In this document: positions 43,666 through 51,661 of the stretch, in pieces | Layout of the letters: every line of letters begins with the position of its first letter | How positions within the stretch are numbered: the stretch's first letter is position 1 | Assembly: GCA_001724265.1 (NCBI GenBank) | Contig: MEDY01000206.1 | Coordinates: 1 to 51,661 of the forward strand | DNA from: Rhizaria sp. SCN 62-66 | Lineage: Eukaryota | Length of the DNA stretch: 51,661 nt | Reading direction: 5' to 3' | Notes under the pieces: generated by a model | The model's database searches: none | What the model saw: the letters and a program-made list of their open reading frames with translations, nothing else | What the model was told of the DNA's origin: nothing | Made by a program: the position numbers and the translations under genes

Positions 43666-46600
43666 TTACTTCTGCTGCTGCTGCAGCTGCTGCGCACCGT
43701 CCTCGTCCTCGTCGTCCTGGCAGCTCACCACCGCGGCGGCACTAACGGTCGCAGTCTCTGGCACAGCGGTCTCGGCCCCAGTCTCGGCCCCAGCCTTGCT
43801 GGCTTCGCTCGCGACCACGGGCGGCACATTAGCAGCAACAGCAGCAACAGCAGTAGGAGTAGCAGCAGTGACCGTGGGTGGAGCCTCAACAACCGCCGCA
43901 GCGACCGCGGGCTCCTCCACAACAGCGACCGTGGGCACTTGATCAGCAGCGACCGTGGGCGCCTCAGCGGCGGTGACCGTGGGCGCCTCAGCGGCGGTGA
44001 CCGTGGGCGGCTGCCAGTCGGGATACAGTGCGCACACCAGCATCACGAGTCCGGACAGGAACGGCACGTACGCCAGAGCGCTCGAAGCCGCAGTGGCCAC
44101 GCCGAGCCGCAGCCCAGACACCACCACAGAGCCGCGGCGACTGACAGGGCGGACGCCGACGCTGCGGGCCTTTTTCTTGCCGCCCTTAGCGGACTTGCGG
44201 GGCTCGGACTGCACGCCGCTGCTGCGCTTGCTGCTGTTGCGGCGGCTTGACTTTGATTTACTGTCATTCGCATTCGCACTCGCGGCGGCGTCCGTCTTGC
44301 TGTCAGCTGTCTCGGCCTTCTTGATCTTGGCCGTCGTCGCCTGATCATCCGTATCGTTATCAGCGAGAGCATTGACACGACGACGACGACGGCGACGTAA
44401 CGCAGCGCCAGAGCCAGAGCCAGAGCCGTTATTGCTCTCATTCGGCTGAGTCGCAACAACACCATCTTCTTCCTCTCCCTCATCGTCCTTGTCATCGGTA
44501 TCATGCTCGCTGCCACTGTGTTCACCCTCGCACTCATCATCATCGTCTTCAGTCGCCTCAGCCTTCGCCTCCGCCTCGGCCTCGGCCTCGGCCTCCGCAG
44601 CCTCCGCAGCGGCCGCGTCAGCCGCGCTCACAGTCACCCCCACGGCCTTGCCGACGGCGCCGCGGGCGAGCGCACGGCCCCAGCCCCGCAGCGAGCGACT
44701 GGGGCTGCACAGGAGGCGCCGCAGCAGCACTGCCGTGAGCGCCTTCAGCGCGATCTCGCCCACGGCACTGCCCAGCAGCAGCAGCAGCACGGTCGCGCCC
44801 GTCTCGCCGAAGTCGCCGCTGCCGCTGCGGCCGTTAAGCACGAAGAGCAGGCACACGAAGGCCAGGCGCTGGGTGAAGACCAGCATCCGCAGCCACACCA
44901 TGATGCCGACGCCACCGCCGTAATCACCGGCATTATCAGCGTTGTTCGGGTCGATGTTGGCGACGGCGACGACGGTATTGTTTGCTGTGTCGGAGTCCGA
45001 TCCGGAGTCCGATTCGGAGTCCGATTCCAAGTCGTTGCAAACGCTTGTGTTACTGGCCGTATCGGCGTCAGCGATAGTACTTGAGGCTGTGTTGTTGTTC
45101 GTGTTGCCTTTGTTGCTGCTGTTAGAGTCTTGATCAAGAGCAATGTCGCTATACGTGATAACATTGCTGGGGACTGCGCTCGTGTCCTCTTTGCTCTTCT
45201 CACCACTGCTGACACAGACACCGAGACTGACACCGAAACTGCGACTGAGACTGCTGCTTTCGGCATGAGCGCTGCTGCTCGCTGTGCTGCAAGTGTTGTT
45301 GCTGTTGCTGTTGCAGTTGCTGTTGCCGTTTGCGTGCGAGTCAAAGATCGAGGCAAGCGAGCACGACACGCCGTCTAAGGGGCTCGCACCACTTACACTT
45401 ACACTTTCACTTGGCACACTCTCAGACGACGACTTAGTATTGGTACGAGCTGGAGTGCCGGCAGCTTGCAACAGCTGCTGCTGTTGCTGCAGCTTGAGCA
45501 GTTGCTGCTTTTGTTGCTGTTGTTGCTGATGCACTGTGTGAATTGCCTCCCTCAGGGCAAGCTTCGCGGCCCGCGGCGTCGCGCGCAGAAGTCTAGCCGC
45601 CTCCTCGCGAAGTCTAGCCGCGTCCGCGTGAACACTGCGACCGTGAGCAGGGGTCATGCTGTTGGACAGCGCCAGCGACAGAGACGACGACGGTGGTAAC
45701 GACGCCGACGGCAGCAAAGGAGCTTTCATGGCAGAGCCTGAGCTGGGCGCAAGTGCTGGACTAGCAAGAGCAGGACCATGGCTTGCGAGGCCGTTATAGC
45801 GAGCCTTGACAGCCGCGGCAGCCGCCAGCGCCGCAGTCACTCTCGCCATACTCGCATCGCTAGTGCTACTGCTACTGCTTTGTTGGTGTTGGTGCTGTTG
45901 CTGTTGCTGCTGGAGGTTGTGGTACGATAGGAAGGACGCGGCGACGGCGGCAGGGGTGACCGTGGGCGCCACCGTCAACGTCATGCCGTCACAGCTATCG
46001 CTCACGCGGCTACCACGCGCACTTGCGCTGCTGTTGGTGTTGGCCTTGGCGCGATCACTGTTGTTGTTGCCGTGTGAGGGCGAGCGCGCGATCGCGGGCT
46101 CGGACGCGAGTGCAGAGGCGAGGGCGGAGGCGACAGTGTCGGCATCGTTTAACACGTAGCCGTTGAGCAGCAGCGGCGGCGACAGCGCGCACGCAGCAGA
46201 GCCGAGCGCAGGCGCATCGGGGTCGTGCGCGGACTCGGCAGGAGCAGCAGCAGCAGGAGCAGACGCAGCAGCAGCGCTCGGTGTTGCAGTCGTGCTCGCA
46301 GCAGTAAAACGAGTGTTAGAGACTGCGCTGGGGCCGTGGAAAGCCAGAGGAGCCCAGCTTGCATGCGTGGGGAGGTAGGCACGGAGCTGGTGCACCGTCC
46401 AATCTATGCAAGAGAGCGTGGAAGAACAATATGACGGGTTTAGAGGGAGGGCGGTAAGATAATCGGCGAGTTTGGGCAATGCCTTGTCAGCATGCAGAAA
46501 AACAAAGATATATCATGGAGGGAAACGAGGACGCACCTTTAGGGACTTCAACCGTAAACGAATTTACAAAAGGAAACAGAGTCTTGATGTTGATTTCCAT
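43666..46600 (-). CDS. HERP-like protein: N-terminal ubiquitin-like domain and C-terminal membrane segments (~933 aa)
   Basis: Exons 46600-46537 and 46403-43666 (GTGCGT...TAG, phase 1) give MEINIKTLFPFVNSFTVEVPKDWTVHQLRAYL...LLLNGYVLNDADTV, a beta-grasp UBL pattern. About three hydrophobic segments ending in LYPDWQP. TAA stop. The HERP assignment is inferred from architecture. Confidence 0.6.
43927..44009. repeat. 24-bp coding tandem repeat (PTVTAAEA)
   Basis: GACCGTGGGCGCCTCAGCGGCGGT at 43951 and 43975, partial at 43999, degenerate at 43927. Confidence 0.9.
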
Positions 46601-46907
46601 CACGCGCTAAAAAACACTTTGTTTCAGACACCCTCAATTCATGCTCTGTCGGCCATCTCTGCATGCCGCTCGTTTGCCTCGTTTGTGGTGAGGTCGGTCA
46701 AATACACAATTTGAAGCATATATGGACAGTTGTTAGCGCAAAAAGATCGGATAGCTATTTTTCAGATTCAAAGTAGTGTATTAAACGTGAAATGTTTCCT
46801 TAACATCCACAACAACAAGAATACACCCTGCGCAAAAATAGCGCTCGTAAACAGTTGATCATCTCCTCTCCCTCACAACATTGGCGTTGGCGTTGTCGTG
46901 TAGCTTC

Positions 46908-48311
46908 TTACGCCGAGTTCTCCTCGAGCACGGTGTCGACGAGCGCGGCGAGCGTGGCGTCGGCCTCGCCGGACTCGCTCTCGAACAGCGCGGCCATCTC
47001 AGCCGCGGCGATGGCGTCGGCGCCGGCCTGGGCGCGGGAAGCGGCCATCGTGCCGGCACCGGCGGAGGCGCGTTCCAGCAGCGACTGGGTCTCGGTCTCG
47101 GTCTCGGCCTCCTGCTCGGCGTCAGCCTCGCTCTCCTGCTCCTGCTCCTGGTCGGCGTCAGCCTCGCCCTCAGTCTCCTGGTCGGCGTCGGCCTCTCCCT
47201 CCTGGTCGGCGTCGGCGTCGCCCTCCTCCTCAGCCTCAGCCTCGGCGTGGGCCTCGGCCTCAGCAGCAGCCTCAGCGTCGGCCTCGGTCTCGACCTCGAC
47301 CTCGGAGGCGCCCTCGACGAAGGACATGACGGCGAGCGTCGACTTGGCGGGGGTGGCGAACCACTCCTTCATCGCGCTGCGCGACGTCTTGAGCTTCGTG
47401 AGCAGCGCCTCCAGGTTGTAGAACGGGCGCACGGAGCGGCGCTTAAGCCACGAGTAGGCGTGGTTGAGCGCGTAAAAGTCCTTCTCGTACTGGATCATCT
47501 TGTCCGTCTCGGGGTCCTTGCTCTCAGAGGGGTACCATGTCTTGGAGATCCACTCGATCTTGTTCGGCACGGTCGTGTAGTACGCGTGCGCCTCCTTGAC
47601 GACCTTGGGGAAGAACTTCTCCAGCTTCTGGAACTTGTACGACGCCAGAAGGCCCTTCTCGAAGTTCTTGAGGCCGACCTCGATGGCGCGCAGGCGGGTC
47701 ATGGTGAAGAGCTGGCGGATGTCAACCTTGAGCGCCTCCATGCCCTTGCCGAGGCGGTCGAGCTCCTTCTCGCCCATCTCAAACGCGACCTTGCCCTTCT
47801 TTTTGCCGCCCTTCTTGGGCTTGCCCTCAGCGTCAGCGTCGGCGTCAGCGTCGGCGTCGGCCTCGGTGGAGGCGGTGAGAGCAGCCTCGATGAGGGAAGC
47901 GCGCTCGGCGAGCGAGTCCAGGGCCAGGGAGAAGTCCTCGGCCGAGGTCAGCGTCTCGGCAGAGTGAGCTGTGTTGTGTTAATGTGTGACGGGGTGAATG
48001 TTCATGACCGGGAGCGAGGTTGGCGTGGGGATGAGAGAGAGCGTCGACCAGGGAGGGAGTAGTACAAGGGGAAGATGTGGGAAATAGAGCATGTGAGTCG
48101 AGAACAAGAGAGTTACAAGTAATGAAGTTCTAATCAATGCATGAAAAAACGACATGATGGAGTTGGGAGGCGTCATTAGAGAGCTTAAGGAGGTAGGGCA
48201 AGGCCCTCAAAGGGGGAGTCAAGGCAGAGCAAAAGGGAGGTAGTACGTACCCGAAACGATAGCACCAAAAAGTGCCACAACACCAATCAAAAGGACAAGA
48301 ATCCCTTTCAT
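46908..48311 (-). CDS. Secreted protein with acidic spacers around a basic core (~373 aa)
   Basis: Exon 48311-48251 encodes a signal peptide (MKGILVLLIGVVALFGAIVSA). GTACGT...CAG intron, exon 47968-46908. Strong GC3 bias. TAA stop. Confidence 0.85.
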
Positions 48312-48913
48312 TGCTTTATGTCACAATCCTTGTCAAATAGACAACGGTCAGGAGAAAGTAGTGTGTTTTTGTCTCGTCAGTCAGTCCCTCGGTCGGTCGG
48401 TCGGACTAAAATGATTTATTATTTTTCGGGCCCAGCCCGCCAAAATTGCACTCTCTTGATAGCCGCAGACCCACCTGACAGACTTTCCCCACGAGCCTCA
48501 AGCTAAACTAGTCAGATTACATGCCCTCCAATTCGAAGAGAAGCTTCCAAATTCAATGTCTAGCTAGATCCGTATTTACTCTGTCGTTGATCTTTCTTTT
48601 TCGAGAGTTTTGTTTGCATATATTCACCACCCGAATATGGTTAGTTCTTCCTACACAAAGTTCGCGAAGATGCCGCCACCAAACCAAACCAATTATTTTC
48701 ATCGAGACCGGATGCTATCAGCAATGGCTGACGAAGTATTCCATATCAACTAAGACTAACTTATTGAGAGAGACCATCTAAATATTTGTCTTTGACTTCT
48801 CTCTGCTTCTCCTTTCTGTACTCCGTCATTTCCCATGCAGAGCTTGCCTGCCTAACTTCAACTTCTCTCAGACTCTCTTGCTGACTCTCCTCTGAACGTT
48901 GTGCGTGGGATAT

Positions 48914-51661
48914 ATGAACCACACCGACAAGGTTCGACGGACTTTGTTAGCCAAGAACACAGATTCAGCGCCCCAAACAGATGTTGACTTGAAGATGTCA
49001 CTCAAAAATGACTTTAGAAACGGTGCTGACGCAAGTAAGAACGTGCATATCGATCCGCCGGTATCATCTGGTGTCGCTATGAACCTTTCGCGACTCAGTG
49101 AGGTGTCACTTCCGAACTCGCTGGGCAACCCCAATCAACACGTTGAGGCAGCTCGAGATGGCTTGCAAATCCTCTACCTCCACGATGACGAAGCCGAGGA
49201 CGGCGCCCCCTCGAGCCAGCAGCCACCGAATACCTTCGTCTCAGCTGCTGTCACAAAGGCATTCGGCACGAAGGTGCCCGCTCGCGAAAATCGCACTGCC
49301 TATCCGGTTGGGCAGGCGACAGTCACGTCCACGCGAAGCAAGGCCATCGAACCCAGAGCAACGCAGCGACGTACTGGAAACACGCGCCTCCAGGATACCG
49401 CCGCTGCCGCTGCTGCCACGGATAAGCGCGGCCACCCGCGCCAGAACACGGATGCTCCTGTTTTGACGCGTGCTACCGCAAGTCCAGCGTGTGCAAGCAT
49501 CGTTGCAGCGAACCCTACCACAGCTTTGAAAGCCACCGTAGCCCTGCCGGAGCCTGACAGTGTCAACGTTCACGCTGCAAAGTGCATGGTGCAAAACTAC
49601 GAAGCCAAAGTCTCAGCTTTAGTGGCCGCACAACAGCTGTTGCGCCCCATCCGTTCGTCTGATAAGGCTGAGCTTGATGTGGCGCGGTCTGAGCTCGACA
49701 TGGTTCGTGCCGAGCTTAAAGCTGTCGTAGCAACAGAACGTCTGTCGAAGCTGAGGGAAGCGGTGGCGAATGGAGCTGCTGACCTTGAGTCGCAGCTGGC
49801 GACCGCAATTACAGCTGAGCAAGAGGCGGTTGGTTTGGTGACGCTTGCTGAACTTAAGCTTGATATCGCTCAGGCTAAGCTTAATGTGGAAAATGCGACG
49901 TCGGAGCATGGCAAGAATGCCGCGCTTTTACTCGAAACAGAGGCGGTTCTACGCGACCTTCATTGGGCGCGCATAAAGGTTCCTGCTTCCGACATGAACC
50001 AGCGGAATATGATTGACGCTGAGGTTGATCAGAAGGATAAAACTCTTCAGTTCATTCAGCCTATGCTCGATGCTTCTCAAGCTAGGCTTAACACTGCTCA
50101 GACAGCACTCAGTGATGTAAAGGCGAGGCTTGAGAATGCGGAGAGGAAGCTCATTGCTGATAGGGCTCCTGGTCATAAGTCTTTGAACATGTTTCTGGGT
50201 CAGCAAGCGAAGTTGTGGGAGTATCTCAAGCGCAACAATGAGCTCGTCGTGACGACTGAAGCGGCGCACGTTGTGACGGCCACGGCGCCTTCAAACACGC
50301 GCTGGTTTTTTACTGGTAAGGGTTCGGAATGGAAAACCCTTGTTATCCGCAAGCTGTACCTCCCTCTATACGATGACATCATGGCCAAGTTCAAGGACAA
50401 TAGGAACCGCGCGGTTGGGACGGTGAGGAATGGCTATGCGATGGTCCTGATTGGGGCTGCTGGCATTGGGAAGTCTCTGTCGCTCAACCACCTGGTGTTA
50501 CTCGCTGCGAAAGAAAAGGAGGTCACCGTGGTCTGCCACTGGGGTGGTCAGGAGGAAGCTCTCGTGCTGTTGCACGATGGTAGTGCTAGAGTTGTTTCGG
50601 TGAAGTCGGACATATTCGAATCATATCTCTACGATGTTAACACACTCTATCTCTACGACCCCGATGAGGGCCCCACCCAGACCTCGGCTTTTCGCACTGA
50701 GCGCCATTCGTTTCATGTTGTGGCGGCGAGCCCGAATCCGAAGAACTATGCTGCGCCTTTTCAGAACAATAAGAATGAATCTTGTGGGTTTTACTACATT
50801 GATATGTGGAGTGAAGAGGAGATTCAGGAGGCCCTGCCAATCATGCTTCGTGACGCTGGTTGCGAGCCTAAAGACTGCTACATGCAAGATGAGCATGAGA
50901 CCTTCGCTGATGCAGTCACTGAGTACTATTCGAAGGCAAATGGCACCGTGCGGGCACTGATGTGGAAGTTACAGAGTAACAACCCACGTTCACTCATGGC
51001 CACTCGAGTTGGGTTTGAATATTACTTTGACGCCGAGCTTTTTGTGGACAAGTTTTCTAACATGACGGCGGAACTATTTCAGACGGTGAAAGATTTGGTC
51101 CGCATGCGCGGTGCTGACAGAGATTCGTACCTGACCATGACTGTCAAAGGCAAAATTATCCATTTTGACACAAACCGCCTTGTCACGTTTTGCTCGATCA
51201 GCTCTACAAAATCCGCGACCGAGGCAGTCTGGTCGCAGCCGAAATATCGCCTGACCTCGCCGATGGTCATTGAGGTGTTTGCGGAGATGTTGCAGCGCAA
51301 AACTGCGGCTGAACGTTTAGCTTGCCAGCCTGTAATAGAAGCGATCCTTGCAACCCTCGGTGGTGGTGCCAGGGGTGAGCTATTCGAAGCGATGCTATTC
51401 AGCTGGACCAAGAAAGAGTCGTATGATGTGTACCCTTTGGTTCTGGCCTAGAACTGCCGCACCGCGTACTGCATTTCCTCCACACTACCTAACCCTGGGG
51501 ACGAGACATACCGCCCACGACTGTTGCTGAGTATTAAGAAGCCTAAAGTGACGTTTAAATGCACTCCAGAAGTTACAGCTGATGAAGTGGCAGAGACGCT
51601 AAAGCCTTACGTACTTCGGTTTCTCCGCAACACTGCACAAGAGTCGACCATGCTATTTCCC
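48914..51661 (+). CDS. Crinkler/RHS-type effector: coiled coil + P-loop NTPase, in-frame TAG at 51449-51451, frame open to window end
   Basis: Family-typical motif series LVIRKLY, VLIGAAGIGKS (Walker A), LYLYD, VVAASP, YIDMWSEEEI, NGTVR, GELFE. After the TAG, 70 sense codons run to the end (NCRTAYCISS...STMLFP). Intronless and less GC-rich than neighbours. Start codon uncertain. Confidence 0.8.
51137..51661. repeat. Right arm of window-bounding inverted repeat (partner 1-528)
   Basis: Reverse complement of the left arm with one 3-nt indel, scattered substitutions and the internal micro-inversion. The last 99 nt are identical. Confidence 0.97.

Noticed and set aside
46404..46664. ORF-track start MPKLADYL at 46479 or an alternative first exon at 46664-46632
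   Set aside because: The model 46600-46537 + 46403 uses a typical GTGCGT donor and yields a coherent ubiquitin-like N-terminus; the alternatives translate intron sequence.
4644..48062. Many long antisense and alternate-frame ORFs (e.g. 4644-6053, 35685-37376, 37905-39968, 46881-48062)
   Set aside because: Expected from GC-rich, GC3-biased low-complexity sense genes; no domains or independent signals.
1..51661. Whole window as a giant TIR transposon, Polinton/Maverick or linear virus
   Set aside because: The inverted repeats are coding paralogues that run off the edges. No transposase, integrase, polB or capsid gene is recognisable, and the interior is intron-containing housekeeping genes.

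Overview
Eukaryotic (protist-type) nuclear contig with GC-rich exons, AT-rich GT-AG introns (donor nearly always GTACG) and conserved proteins inflated by Ala/Ser/Asn/Gln low-complexity inserts; the lineage cannot be fixed from sequence alone. I could build 13 internal gene models by hand: a membrane protein, Acinus-like, giant importin-alpha-like, HAD-IIA hydrolase, three orphans, GCP3, ACAP-type ArfGAP, a prokaryote-type pyrimidine-dimer glycosylase, mitochondrial bL28, a HERP-like UBL membrane protein and a secreted acidic pro-protein. There are also tRNA-Asp, tRNA-Glu and a tRNA-Asp relic. The most unusual structure is at the ends. A ~525-bp inverted repeat bounds the window, formed by two outward-pointing copies of a Crinkler/RHS-type NTPase effector gene. 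The right copy has the NTPase but an in-frame TAG before the presumed nuclease. The left copy lacks the NTPase but is open through the same position. A ~43-48-nt internal segment sits in opposite orientation in the two copies and is in frame and stop-free both ways. A second in-frame TAG interrupts bL28, while the 12 other internal gene models all end in TAA or TGA. All family calls come from motif recognition, not database searches.
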